64,000 bases of DNA from a bacterium (GTDB taxonomy: Bacteria > Electryoneota > Electryoneia > Electryoneales > Electryoneaceae): NCBI GenBank assembly GCA_963675295.2, contig CAXXKJ010000002.1, forward strand, positions 2,528,001-2,592,000. Reading direction: 5' to 3'. Positions 11,490 through 21,268 of the stretch are shown here, piece by piece. The notes below the pieces were generated by a model. That model saw nothing but the letters and a program-made list of their open reading frames with translations. It searched no databases and was not told where the DNA came from. The position numbers and the translations under genes were made by a program. Each line of letters begins with the position of its first letter. Positions within the stretch are counted from its first letter, which is position 1.

Positions 11490-11525
11490 GTTGAACGGTT
11501 CAACATTAGAACGTTCAATGTTGAA
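11490..11525. promoter_or_regulatory. Probable MarR operator (overlapping palindromes)
   Basis: GTTGAAC-G-GTTCAAC (11490-11504) and TTCAACATT-N9-AATGTTGAA (11499-11525), 24-60 bp upstream of marR. Confidence 0.55.
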
Positions 11526-11688
11526 TCATATCCACGCAAGTGTTATGCCTGCCTAACTCAGAAGTTCCTGGTTGGAGAGAGGATTGAGAGGCATATGGAG
11601 CGAATGGCTAACTATGAAAGGAGATAAAGGCCCTCGCAGTTGGAGCTGCGAGGGCTGGGGAATGCGTGGGAAAGCGTTGCAGAATGGA

Positions 11689-13224
11689 TCAGGCGTCCAT
11701 GTCGGCCCACTTTTTCGCCATCTGGTTGAAGATGACGAGCGCGACAATTGCGACGACACCGATGGCCGCCAGCGGTAGCCATACGGCGTATTGTGGCTGA
11801 TAAGTATCCCACAGCAGCTTGGTTGTCTGAACGGGATCCATGCCGATCACGCTCTGCAATCGATCCATGGCTTCCGGGCGTGTGACGCCGACCAGATCGG
11901 CCAGTTTGTCTGGATTGCCATCCCACAGGCCAACCTTGCCTTCGCCGACAGCGGTATGCTCGAGCAGGTATTTCTGTGCGAGCACGGCTTTGTCACCAAA
12001 GTGACCGTACAGATAGCCGGCGATCTTCGAACCGGCGAAGCCGCCGATCCCGACCGGGATGTTTACGTAGCCAAGGTACAGGCCTTTCTTTCCGGCCGGG
12101 GCGATCAGGCCGAGGTACTCGTTCTTCTTTGGTCCGGTCAGCATTTCACCGAAGGAGAACCCGGCGACACCGAGCAAGAAGATGTAGCCCGAGGTGGTCA
12201 GCCCTGCGATCAGGATACCTGCTGTCGCGACGGCCATACCGATGATCATCACGGCGAGCACGCGCATGTTGGATACAACCTTGGCCACCACCAGCATGAA
12301 AGCGACGATCAGCAGCGCGTTCAGGTTGAGCAGGATTTCCTGCGGAACCATCAGTCCGCGATCCGTGGCAACCGCCCAACTGTGGAAGAAGGGGATCGGT
12401 GAATTCTGGAACGCGTGCGCGAGGTGACCGGAATCGACCCAGTCGGTGATGAAGTTCGGGTGCAAGTCCCAGAGCTGGTACATCATCAGCCAGAAGCAGC
12501 TCATGATCAGCAGCCAGGCGACCAGGCGCGGCTCGACGATGTTCTTCATCGTGCGCACAAACACCTGGATCGGGCTTTCGGTCTTGTCCGCGCCGGACTG
12601 GAAGTCCTTGAAGGTGAACAACATGCCGTAGTTCAGCGCGGTGATCCCGGCGCCGGTGAGGAACAGCACCTGCCACGAGTATTCAGTACGAATGAACGCC
12701 GCCAGCATCGGAGCAACCGCCGCGCCGACATTCACGATCCAGTAGAAGATGCCCCAGCCAACGGACGAGTTCGACTTGGTCAGGTTCTGTGCGAGCGAAC
12801 CCTGCAGCGAAGGCTTGAAGAACGCCGTACCAGTCGCGAGCACCATGATCGCTGTGAAGAAGCCCCAGAACGAGGTCAGGTAGGCCATCATCACGTAGCC
12901 GGCGATGTTCAGCGTCACCGAGAAGAAGAGGGTCTTTTTGTAGCCATAGCGGTCGGCATACCCGCCGGTGAACATCGGCAGGATCGACTGGAACACGAAC
13001 CACCAGGCGTAAATCGTGCCTTTCTGAGCCGCGGTAAAGTGGAGGCCGTGGACCTCATCCGCCTGCATAATGTAGATCGCGACTACGGAACGGATCAGGA
13101 AATACGCCATCCGTTCGAACATCTCGATTCCGTTGAGCATCCAATAGCCCATCGGAAATCCAAACATCCAGAACCCCTCGCCGGGCTTCTGCATTGGGCC
13201 GCCGGTCTGTGCGGGTGTCGCCAT
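11689..13224 (-). CDS. MFS transporter, POT/PTR-like peptide transporter
   Basis: EMFERMAYF (ExxERxxY), GGYADRYG, FFKPS, FYWIVNVG; about 12 TMs. Confidence 0.82.
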   Translation of the reverse strand: MATPAQTGGPMQKPGEGFWMFGFPMGYWMLNGIEMFERMAYFLIRSVVAIYIMQADEVHGLHFTAAQKGTIYAWWFVFQSILPMFTGGYADRYGYKKTLFFSVTLNIAGYVMMAYLTSFWGFFTAIMVLATGTAFFKPSLQGSLAQNLTKSNSSVGWGIFYWIVNVGAAVAPMLAAFIRTEYSWQVLFLTGAGITALNYGMLFTFKDFQSGADKTESPIQVFVRTMKNIVEPRLVAWLLIMSCFWLMMYQLWDLHPNFITDWVDSGHLAHAFQNSPIPFFHSWAVATDRGLMVPQEILLNLNALLIVAFMLVVAKVVSNMRVLAVMIIGMAVATAGILIAGLTTSGYIFLLGVAGFSFGEMLTGPKKNEYLGLIAPAGKKGLYLGYVNIPVGIGGFAGSKIAGYLYGHFGDKAVLAQKYLLEHTAVGEGKVGLWDGNPDKLADLVGVTRPEAMDRLQSVIGMDPVQTTKLLWDTYQPQYAVWLPLAAIGVVAIVALVIFNQMAKKWADMDA

Positions 13225-13353
13225 GCCTTCCCTCGTCTCTCGGTGGTCGTTGGTTAGTTTGTTTATGTGGAGTGAAGCCTGAATCTAACCGCGTTTTCGT
13301 ACCGGGGCAAATCAGCAAGGCAGAAAGGTTGGAGTGGGCCGGAGCGGGTAAGG

Positions 13354-14727
13354 TCAGCTTTGTTTGTTCAGCAGAGACGGACCAAGGATCAGGATCGATA
13401 AGCCGAGCCCAATGTAGATTGGATGGACCTCCAGCGGATAGCCAGATCCATAGCTGCCGAATGTGCTCCAGATTGCAGTCACACCGCCGCTGATCAGCAT
13501 CGAGAGCAGAACACGACCACGCGGTAGTGGGCGGCTGCGGTACAACGCAGCGACCATCGGCAACAGTAACGCGGAGGTTGCGATGGAGCCGAGGTCATGG
13601 AAGATAACGATCGCTGACTGTTTCCATGCTGCGATCGAAATGGCGGCGATTGAGGCGACAATCAACCCGACGCGCGTTGGAGTGACCGTGTCGCTGACAC
13701 CGGAACGGATGCGTTTCCAGAGGTCGTGGCCCAACGTTTGTCCAGCGAGCAGCATGTAGGAGTCAACCGTCGAGAGGACCACCGAGACCAGCGAGACGAA
13801 GAAAATGCCGAGCAGGCCGACCGGGAGCAGGTGTTCGGCGAGCAGCGGGTAGGACAGCATCGCCTCGGCGTCACCGCCGAGGATCGCGCGGGCGTACAAT
13901 CCGGAGAAGGTGGTCAGGAAGTCGAAGACCAGCCAGAACGCGACTGATACCAACAGCCCGCCACGCGCCACCTTTTCACTGCGTGCGGCGTAGCAGCGCT
14001 GGTAGAAGGTCGGCTCGATCAATGTCTGCAACGCGATGAAGTACCAGACCAGGATGGCAGGCAGACCGAGCCCGCCGGTGGGCGAGAGGGAGGCGTCCGG
14101 CAGGTTGGCTTTCAAAAAGTCCCAGCCACCGTACTGGCTCGCTGCCATTATAATCAGGATAATGAAGCCGACGTACATCAGGATAAACTGCGGCAGGTCG
14201 GTGCGGATCACATTGCGGAACCCGCCGTGCAGGACATACAGCAGGCTGAATGCGCTGCCCGCGATCATCCACAGCAGCAACGACCCACCGAGGAACCACT
14301 GCAGCAACTCGCCGAGCATCAGCACATAGGCCGCCGGAACCGTGATCAGGAAGACGATGAATGTGCCGGTGATTGCGACTGGTTTGCCGTACGCGGCTTC
14401 CAGCTGGTCCGGGATGGAGAGGAACTTGCTGCGGCGGGCGCGTCCCGCGAGAAAGAACGCAAACAGCAGCGCGGCGATGTAGTAGGGCACGCCGAACACC
14501 AGCCAGTTGCTGATGCCATAGAGGTAGGAATACTCACCGACCGCGAGGATGCTGCCGTACCACGTCGACACCAGCGTCGCGACAAACGCCGGGCCGGTCA
14601 GCCGCCGTCCCGCGAGCAGGAATTCCTCCGCGCTCGATCGTTCGCGCCGTTTTGCCCGCAGCGCGATGATCAGCAGGAAGAGGAAGTAGATGGCGACAAT
14701 CGCCGTGTCGATGCTGCCAAGCCGCAT
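13354..14727 (-). CDS. Sodium:solute symporter (probable thiamine/precursor uptake)
   Basis: FLLAGRRL, GGFRNVIRTD..Q, YQRCYAARS, LSTVDS SSS motifs; downstream of the TPP-riboswitch-led TBDT. Confidence 0.88.
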   Translation of the reverse strand: MRLGSIDTAIVAIYFLFLLIIALRAKRRERSSAEEFLLAGRRLTGPAFVATLVSTWYGSILAVGEYSYLYGISNWLVFGVPYYIAALLFAFFLAGRARRSKFLSIPDQLEAAYGKPVAITGTFIVFLITVPAAYVLMLGELLQWFLGGSLLLWMIAGSAFSLLYVLHGGFRNVIRTDLPQFILMYVGFIILIIMAASQYGGWDFLKANLPDASLSPTGGLGLPAILVWYFIALQTLIEPTFYQRCYAARSEKVARGGLLVSVAFWLVFDFLTTFSGLYARAILGGDAEAMLSYPLLAEHLLPVGLLGIFFVSLVSVVLSTVDSYMLLAGQTLGHDLWKRIRSGVSDTVTPTRVGLIVASIAAISIAAWKQSAIVIFHDLGSIATSALLLPMVAALYRSRPLPRGRVLLSMLISGGVTAIWSTFGSYGSGYPLEVHPIYIGLGLSILILGPSLLNKQS

Positions 14728-14734
14728 AAATAGA

Positions 14735-14769
14735 CAGTCGTCAGTGGTCAGTGATCAGTAGTCAGTGAA
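14735..14769. repeat. Heptamer tandem repeat CAGTNNT x5
   Basis: cagtcgt cagtggt cagtgat cagtagt cagtgaa. Confidence 0.8.
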
Positions 14770-14771
14770 AC

Positions 14772-14835
14772 AAAAAAAGCGGCGACCCGGGGGCATCGCA
14801 TGGGGGACGACTGCCCCCGGATCATGGTGTGCCGC
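14772..14835 (-). terminator. Intrinsic terminator between the TBDT and SSS genes
   Basis: CCGGGGGCA/TGCCCCCGG stem extended by GCGGC/GCCGC; T7 tract on the minus strand. Confidence 0.65.
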
Positions 14836-14961
14836 GTGTAACGTGTCATCAAGGCCCGAGTTGATGCCCGCGGGAGCTGGGCTACCGCGGCCTATCCATC
14901 GGTATCGGGTCCGCGTCAGCGAGCTGACACGGGCACGTTCAAGATGGACCATTGCAATCGC

Positions 14962-17454
14962 CTACAACGTCACTTTGATACCAGCGAAGTAGTGTCGCGG
15001 GGCGGCGGGGATGACGTACACACCCCACGCATCCGCACTGCCGGCGATGTTGTACTCCTCATCGAACAGGTTGCGCACGTGCAACGACAGCTCTACCGAC
15101 GGTGCGCTGGCGTAATTGAACAATGCGCGCGACCCATTCGGCCCGATCACCGCCAGACGTGCCTGCAGGTCAACGCGGGTGTACGCGTCAAGCGATCGAT
15201 CCTGGTCAGCGATATCGAGCGACGTCGGGTTGGAGAAGTTGCGTTCCGATTCGATCAAATTTTCGGTATTGGCGACAAAGCGTTCGCCGAAATAATGCGC
15301 GCTGACACGGAAATCATACCACGCGCGTCTAACACCGAACGCGAGGTTGAAAATCTGCTCCGGCGCGTTGATGATCTGCTTGTCGGAGAGGTCCAGCTCG
15401 GCGACCAGCGTGGTGAAGCTGGCATTGTCGTAGAACAGGACATCGGTGGTGTAATCGAGGAACCGGTTCTTTGAGAGAGTAGCGTTTCCTTCCGCGAACA
15501 GGCCGTTATCCCACTGGTAGCGGGCAGCGAGTTCGAAACCGAGGCGCTGTGTGCGGCACGCGTTCTCAATTACCGGCTGGCCGAGCACGTCATACTGGCC
15601 GATGTCGACGATCTCGTCCTCAACGTTCATCAGGTACCCGGTGAGGCCGAGGAACCAGTTACGGCGTGACCATTCCGCGCCGAGTTCGAAATCGTCCAGG
15701 GTCTCCGGCTTGATCTCCGGATCACGGTTAAAATTGTTGTTCGGGTAACGAATCACCGGGTAGCCGGTCTCAGCCCAGTAGTGGTCTTTCAGGCGCGGTT
15801 CGCGGGTGATGCGGCTGTAGCTGCCCCAGAAGCGAATGTCACCGGGTGCGAGGTACGACGCGCCGAGTCGCGGCATGACGAACGTGTACGGCTGGGTGAA
15901 GGTCTTCGCGTTGAACTTGTCGTTGAGCACCTCGTACTCGATGTTCGCGAGCTGCACCGCGCCGGTGACGGAGAGTTGCGGGGAAAGCTGCCACTTGTCC
16001 TGTACATACCCCGAGATGATGCGTTTCCGGCCTTCGTAGTCATACCAGATGTGGTTCGGCGTGGTACCATCCGGCAGTACCGATCCCCAGAGCAGTTCGC
16101 CGTAGCGGCGGCTGCGGTGGCTGATGAACTGGCCGCCGATATCGACGGTATGATCGCCGGTATTCCACGTCAACCGTGGTTGCCAGCCGCCCTGGTTGTT
16201 GTTCACGTGTTGCCGCGCAACCATATCGCCAATGGCGAGCGAGTCCGGCGCGTCCAGCGACCAGAAGTCCCAGCCGTAGCCCCACCAGGACGGGTAGTAG
16301 ACATCGAAGTAGCCGTTGCCCTGGATGTAGAACAACGTGTTTTGCAGGCGGATGCTGTCGTTGATGTCCCACGTATTATGCAGCTGATAATGGGGCTGGT
16401 AGTAGTTGTCGGTCTCGTCGTAATTGCCCAGCTCGGGGTAGGATAGCGGGTTCTGGGTGCGATCCTGTGCGAGCTGTTCGCGAGTGACGCCGGAGTGCGC
16501 CATCCCGTTCTTGATCGGACCACCGAAGAGCACGAGGCGTGTGGTCATATTCTCGTCCACCCGTGCGCCGCTGAGGTAGTAGCTGAAGTAGTCAGCCCAG
16601 GAATCGTCGCGGTAGCCGTCCGAAGTGATCCGTGAGAATCGAGCGTTGAGGAAGTACTTCTCTCCGATCGGGCCGGACTGCAGGTTGACCGAACCGCGCT
16701 GGGTGTTGTAGCTGCCGAGGCCATATTCGGCGGTGAGTGCGGGCTTTCGGCTGAAGGTGGAGGTTTGCACGTCAATCGTGCCACCAACGGCAGGCAGGCC
16801 GAGCAGGGCGGACCCGGCACCACGCTGCACCTGCACGTCTTCCACATTCGCGCCGAAGTCAGCGAGATCAACCCAGTAGACGTAAAAGTCTTCCGGATCG
16901 TTGAGCATCACGCCATTCAGCAGCACGCTTACCCGTTTGAAATCGAATCCGCGCAGGCTGAGGTAGCTGTAGCCGAGGGCGTTGCCGGCGTCCGTGGTCG
17001 TGGTCAAACTGGGAATGCCTTCGAGGGCGACGGGCAAGTCCTGGGCGTAGTAGCGGAGGTCCAGTTCATCGGAGGTGATGTTGGTGAACGGGACCGTCGC
17101 GGTCTTGCGTTCGACACGGTCGATGGTGAGTGTGACATCCTCGCCGAGATACGCTTTCGGGCGCAGCTCGACGCCGATCACGGTCGTCTGGTCGGTGTTC
17201 AGGGTGAACGTTTCCGGCCAATAGCTGACGTGGCTGACGGTCATCGTGAACGCGCCGCCCGGCACACCGAGCAGGGTGAACTGCCCGTCCGCGTCGGTGG
17301 AAGCGCCGAAGGAAACGGTGGATACCAGCACGCTGGCATTTACGACCGGTTCGCCGGTTGCCTGGTCGACCACCGAACCGGTTACAGTTGCGGCCGAAGA
17401 CACGGATACAGCGAAGAGCAGAGACAGGAATACAGCGGTCAAGAGGGTACGCAT
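14962..17454 (-). CDS. TonB-dependent receptor (probable thiamine transporter)
   Basis: Signal peptide from MRTLL (17454), carboxypeptidase-like N domain, plug (SLRGF...VLLNGV..ND...VQVQRG), barrel ending RHYFAGIKVTL. Confidence 0.9.
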   Translation of the reverse strand: MRTLLTAVFLSLLFAVSVSSAATVTGSVVDQATGEPVVNASVLVSTVSFGASTDADGQFTLLGVPGGAFTMTVSHVSYWPETFTLNTDQTTVIGVELRPKAYLGEDVTLTIDRVERKTATVPFTNITSDELDLRYYAQDLPVALEGIPSLTTTTDAGNALGYSYLSLRGFDFKRVSVLLNGVMLNDPEDFYVYWVDLADFGANVEDVQVQRGAGSALLGLPAVGGTIDVQTSTFSRKPALTAEYGLGSYNTQRGSVNLQSGPIGEKYFLNARFSRITSDGYRDDSWADYFSYYLSGARVDENMTTRLVLFGGPIKNGMAHSGVTREQLAQDRTQNPLSYPELGNYDETDNYYQPHYQLHNTWDINDSIRLQNTLFYIQGNGYFDVYYPSWWGYGWDFWSLDAPDSLAIGDMVARQHVNNNQGGWQPRLTWNTGDHTVDIGGQFISHRSRRYGELLWGSVLPDGTTPNHIWYDYEGRKRIISGYVQDKWQLSPQLSVTGAVQLANIEYEVLNDKFNAKTFTQPYTFVMPRLGASYLAPGDIRFWGSYSRITREPRLKDHYWAETGYPVIRYPNNNFNRDPEIKPETLDDFELGAEWSRRNWFLGLTGYLMNVEDEIVDIGQYDVLGQPVIENACRTQRLGFELAARYQWDNGLFAEGNATLSKNRFLDYTTDVLFYDNASFTTLVAELDLSDKQIINAPEQIFNLAFGVRRAWYDFRVSAHYFGERFVANTENLIESERNFSNPTSLDIADQDRSLDAYTRVDLQARLAVIGPNGSRALFNYASAPSVELSLHVRNLFDEEYNIAGSADAWGVYVIPAAPRHYFAGIKVTL

Positions 17455-17573
17455 GGCGCCAATCTCCCAAAAATATGGTTTCGCCGTCGGGGAGTTTGGC
17501 TTGTGAAATGAGTAAACCCACACGGGTTGCTGTGTGGGTTCGTCGCGGCAATGCACATCTACAATGCTTGTCG

Positions 17574-17665
17574 CGCCGAATCCCTACGCCGGTATTACCC
17601 GGATCAGGTTCGTCGGGTGTGATCTCAGGTCCGCATTTTTGAGTTGCGAACCACCCCGAACGGCG
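17574..17665 (-). ncRNA. TPP (thi-box) riboswitch
   Basis: Minus strand GGGGTG...CTGAGA...ACACCCGACGAACCTGATCCGGGTAATACCGGCGTAGGGA, closed by a CGCCG/CGGCG P1. Confidence 0.95.
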
Positions 17666-17727
17666 TTAGACAGAACTTACAAGGGACGAGCCGGGCGGAC
17701 AAGTGCCTGCCTCGGTCGCTGCTCGAA

Positions 17728-18990
17728 TCAGAGGGCGGGCAGCACCTTCCCGCGCACATCTCCGAAGCCGACACGGTACCCATCGCCCTGGCAATAGCCG
17801 CTCATAACCACGGTATCGCCGTCCTGCAGGAACTTGCGGGTCTCACCGTTCGGCAGCTCGAGCGGCTCGGTACCACGCCAGGACAATTCGAGCATCGATC
17901 CGCGCTGGTGCTTCTCCGGGCCACTGATAGTGCCGGAAGCGAGCAGGTCGCCGGTGCGCAGGTTGCAGCCGGTGACGGTGTGATGGGCGAGCTGCTGCGC
18001 CGGGGTCCAGTAAAGATAGTTGAGGTTGGACTCAGCGATGCGATGCGGCTGTTCCATGCCCTCGGCCTGGAGCAGCACGTCCAGTTTGATGTCCAGCGAC
18101 CAGTGGTCTTTCGGTTTAAGGTAGTCGAACGGTTCCGGGTCCTGCTTGGGACCGGGCACGCGGAACGGGTTCAGCGCGTCCAGAGTGACCACCCACGGAC
18201 TGATCGAGGTGGCGAAGTTCTTCGCGTTGAACGGGCCAAGCGGTTGATACTCCCACTTCTGGATGTCACGTGCGGACCAGTCGTTTACGATCACGAATCC
18301 GAAGATGTAATCCTCAGCCTGGTCGATCGGGATCGGGTGTCCGAGTTCATTGTTGCCGGCGGTGAAGAAACCCATCTCGAGCTCGAAGTCGAACAGGCGG
18401 CACGGAGTGTAGACCGGTGTGTCGCTGTCCGCCGGTAGCACCTGCCCCCACGGACGGTGGACATCCTGCCCGCTGACGATGATTGAGGATGCGCGTCCAT
18501 GATATCCCACCGGCAGATGCAGGTAGTTCGGCATCAATGCGTTCTCCGGCCCACGGAACATCGTACCGACGTTGAACGCATGGTGTTTCGATGAATAAAA
18601 ATCCGTGTAATCGCCGATTTTCACCGGAAGATGGAGTGTGACTTCATCCATCGCATGAAGAGCTGCGCGCCGCAGTTCAGCGTTGTCCTTAAGATCCGGA
18701 TCCTCGCCGGTAAGCAACGCCTGGATGGTAGCGCGAGCCTCCAACCATGCCGGACGGCCGAGGTCCATGAACGGGTTCAACGAGTCCTGCGCGAACACGC
18801 TCTTATGGTTTAGCTCCGGACCGTTGAACAGGTTGGCTGCCTCGAGCACGGCGAGGTCGAGCACCTGATCGCCGATCGCGACGCCGACACGTGGCGAATC
18901 ACCGATCTTGATGGTGAAGATGCCGTAGGGCAGGTTTTCAACCGGGAAATGGCTGTCCTTCGGGATATCGATGATGCAAGGCAATGGCAT
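17728..18990 (-). CDS. fahA: Fumarylacetoacetase
   Basis: [67 protein letters not shown]; start ATG 18990. Confidence 0.94.
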   Translation of the reverse strand: MPLPCIIDIPKDSHFPVENLPYGIFTIKIGDSPRVGVAIGDQVLDLAVLEAANLFNGPELNHKSVFAQDSLNPFMDLGRPAWLEARATIQALLTGEDPDLKDNAELRRAALHAMDEVTLHLPVKIGDYTDFYSSKHHAFNVGTMFRGPENALMPNYLHLPVGYHGRASSIIVSGQDVHRPWGQVLPADSDTPVYTPCRLFDFELEMGFFTAGNNELGHPIPIDQAEDYIFGFVIVNDWSARDIQKWEYQPLGPFNAKNFATSISPWVVTLDALNPFRVPGPKQDPEPFDYLKPKDHWSLDIKLDVLLQAEGMEQPHRIAESNLNYLYWTPAQQLAHHTVTGCNLRTGDLLASGTISGPEKHQRGSMLELSWRGTEPLELPNGETRKFLQDGDTVVMSGYCQGDGYRVGFGDVRGKVLPAL

Positions 18991-19037
18991 GGGGAAAAGT
19001 TCCGTGTTTAAAGGTGTCTCGTTGCCGCCAGAACGGT

Positions 19038-20090
19038 TCAGCGCAACAACTTGAGATCGACGAGATCCTCGCGGGGTTCGTCGAAGCTGCAACTGCCGTA
19101 AGAAATGAACTGCGCCGCCCGCGCTTTCTCGAGCTCATCCAACGGTACCGACAGGTTGCGCCAGGTGAACGTGTTGTCATTGAGCGTAAACGCGGACGGG
19201 TCTTCGTCGCTGATGATCTCGATCAATTGCTGAACGTTGAGCTTGTTTGTCCGTCCCAGCAGCGCAGCGCCGAAAACGTTGAGGAATCCGTGCATCTTGC
19301 CGCCGAATTCCGGATAGTACTCCCGCACCGGGTGATGCAGGCCGGCAGTGGCCTTGAACGGGATCTCGCAACGGATTACGTGCGACAGGGCGGAGGCGAC
19401 CACCTCGGGTGCCGGGACTTCCTGCGGATAAACACCGCCGCAACGCAGTTTGAAACCGAGGTGAATCCGTTCGTCCTCGGGCTGTTTATTGTACCACTGG
19501 ATCGCGGTCGCGGCGTGGTCGAACAGATCATCATGGGTGGACTGGAAGTCGTCCTTGAACGTCACCTGCCACGGGATTTCGAAGAACAGATCCAGCGAAT
19601 GGCCGAGTGTATCCAGAGTTGAGCGTTCCACCAGCTCGAAGAACGGCAGCATCTTCTCCGGATTGTCGGGTGCTTTCCCGGGCACTGGAAGGCGCGCTTC
19701 GATCATTTCAATGCGTACCTTCTTACCGTGCTTGCTTTCGAACGAGCGGATCCGTTCCAACGTGCTGTGATAGTTGTCGAGAAAGGAATCGTAGCCGGTG
19801 CCACCCTTGAGGGTGACCGAGAAGCGGAACGGCGGCCGTTCATTGAACAGGTCGGCGTACGCGTCCAGTTCCTGCAGCGCGGTGGACGGTACGATGAAGC
19901 GGGACAGCATCCACGCGTCCTGCTCCGAGCGATAGCGCGCGAAGTTCAGCAGCGCCTGATGCAGCGGCAGGGCGGTCGGGGGAAACATCCCGGCATAATC
20001 GATCAATCCGGACATGAACCGTTGCGCGGCCGGAATTTGTTGATCTACCGTGTACTTTGGAAGCTGTGTCGGACTCATGGTCAGATCCAT
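19038..20090 (-). CDS. Conserved hypothetical protein, upstream of fahA
   Basis: Motifs [46 protein letters not shown]; start uncertain (20078-20108). Confidence 0.75.
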   Translation of the reverse strand: MDLTMSPTQLPKYTVDQQIPAAQRFMSGLIDYAGMFPPTALPLHQALLNFARYRSEQDAWMLSRFIVPSTALQELDAYADLFNERPPFRFSVTLKGGTGYDSFLDNYHSTLERIRSFESKHGKKVRIEMIEARLPVPGKAPDNPEKMLPFFELVERSTLDTLGHSLDLFFEIPWQVTFKDDFQSTHDDLFDHAATAIQWYNKQPEDERIHLGFKLRCGGVYPQEVPAPEVVASALSHVIRCEIPFKATAGLHHPVREYYPEFGGKMHGFLNVFGAALLGRTNKLNVQQLIEIISDEDPSAFTLNDNTFTWRNLSVPLDELEKARAAQFISYGSCSFDEPREDLVDLKLLR

Positions 20091-20446
20091 ACCTTGGACT
20101 CGTTTCAATTGAACGCGTCATGAAACTGTGTTCGACAGGTGACCGGAAAGTAGGTGTCCCTCACTTTGCCCGCAACCGGCTGCATGGATGCGGACAGGGA
20201 ACAGGGGACGTGAGCGTGGGGTGTAGACAACAGGTGTCGTTGTCACCCCACACGAGTCGCAGAGCTTCTGTTACGATCTCCGAGCCATCGTCACGCACGG
20301 AGTCAGATTAGATCCATGTGAATACGTCAGTTAGCTTATCATCAACTCCACAGGCGCGAACTGGCAACACCTTTGCATGAGGGCAAGACGGAAAGAAGTG
20401 GGAAGGTTCGCTTCAGGGTTCCCTCCCGGCACAGCGAGGTGGAAAG

Positions 20447-21265
20447 ATGCTTCGACCGTATCGACACGCACTGATTGTACTGCTCAGCCTGATGTTGGCT
20501 GGATCCGTTCCGGCCCAGGTGAGCGAAGACGTGAATGGGCATGGTACCATCGACTGGTCTGACCAGGTGGTACGTGCCACCGGGATCTCCGTGCAGGGTG
20601 GAGTCGGCGGACGTGCCGGCCAGATCCGTGCGGCGGAGCTGGATGCTCTGCGTCAGATTCTGGAGACGGTCAAAGGGATTCGCGTTAACAGCGAAACCAC
20701 GGTTGAAGAGTACATGCTGAGTTCGGACCGCATCCAGTCCCGGATTGAGGGTGTGGCGAAGAACTTTCAGCGTGCCGGCGATCCGGTTTACAAGCCGGAC
20801 GGTTCCATCGAGCTGACGGTCGAGATGAACATGGCCGGGCCGGGGCAGTTGTACGCCGAAGTGTTTACCAACGGCAGCTCGACGGCGGGATCTCTTTACG
20901 GGACCAGCACCTCGCTGGGCTCGGGCGTGTACACCGGACTGATTGTTGACGCGCGAGGCCTGGGCATTCGTCCCGCGCTGGCGCCGTCCATCCTCGACCA
21001 ACAGAACCAGGTCATCTACGGCGAACGGTATGTCGAGCGGCAATGGCTGGTGCAGCATGGCATGGTGGAATATGCCCGCGACCTCGCGACCGCGCGTGCC
21101 AACGATCGTGTCGGCTCCAACCCGCTGGTGATCAAGGCGGTGGACGCGAGCGGCGCGAACCGTACCGATGTCGTCGTGTCCAGTGAAAACGCCCGTCTCC
21201 TGCACGCCGTCGAAAAGCACCTCACCTTCCTGCATCAGGCACGTGTTGTCTTCATCGTGGACTAG
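20447..21265 (+). CDS. Secreted LPP20-like domain protein
   Basis: Signal peptide; IDWS..VVRATG, RAAELDA.RQILETVKGIRVNSETTV, YTGLIVDARGL...PAL.P. Confidence 0.65.
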   Translation: MLRPYRHALIVLLSLMLAGSVPAQVSEDVNGHGTIDWSDQVVRATGISVQGGVGGRAGQIRAAELDALRQILETVKGIRVNSETTVEEYMLSSDRIQSRIEGVAKNFQRAGDPVYKPDGSIELTVEMNMAGPGQLYAEVFTNGSSTAGSLYGTSTSLGSGVYTGLIVDARGLGIRPALAPSILDQQNQVIYGERYVERQWLVQHGMVEYARDLATARANDRVGSNPLVIKAVDASGANRTDVVVSSENARLLHAVEKHLTFLHQARVVFIVD

Positions 21266-21268
21266 GAG

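Noticed and set aside
14755-14952. 65-aa ORF between TBDT and SSS
   Set aside because: No RBS, atypical composition, and it runs through a terminator and heptamer repeat; treated as non-coding
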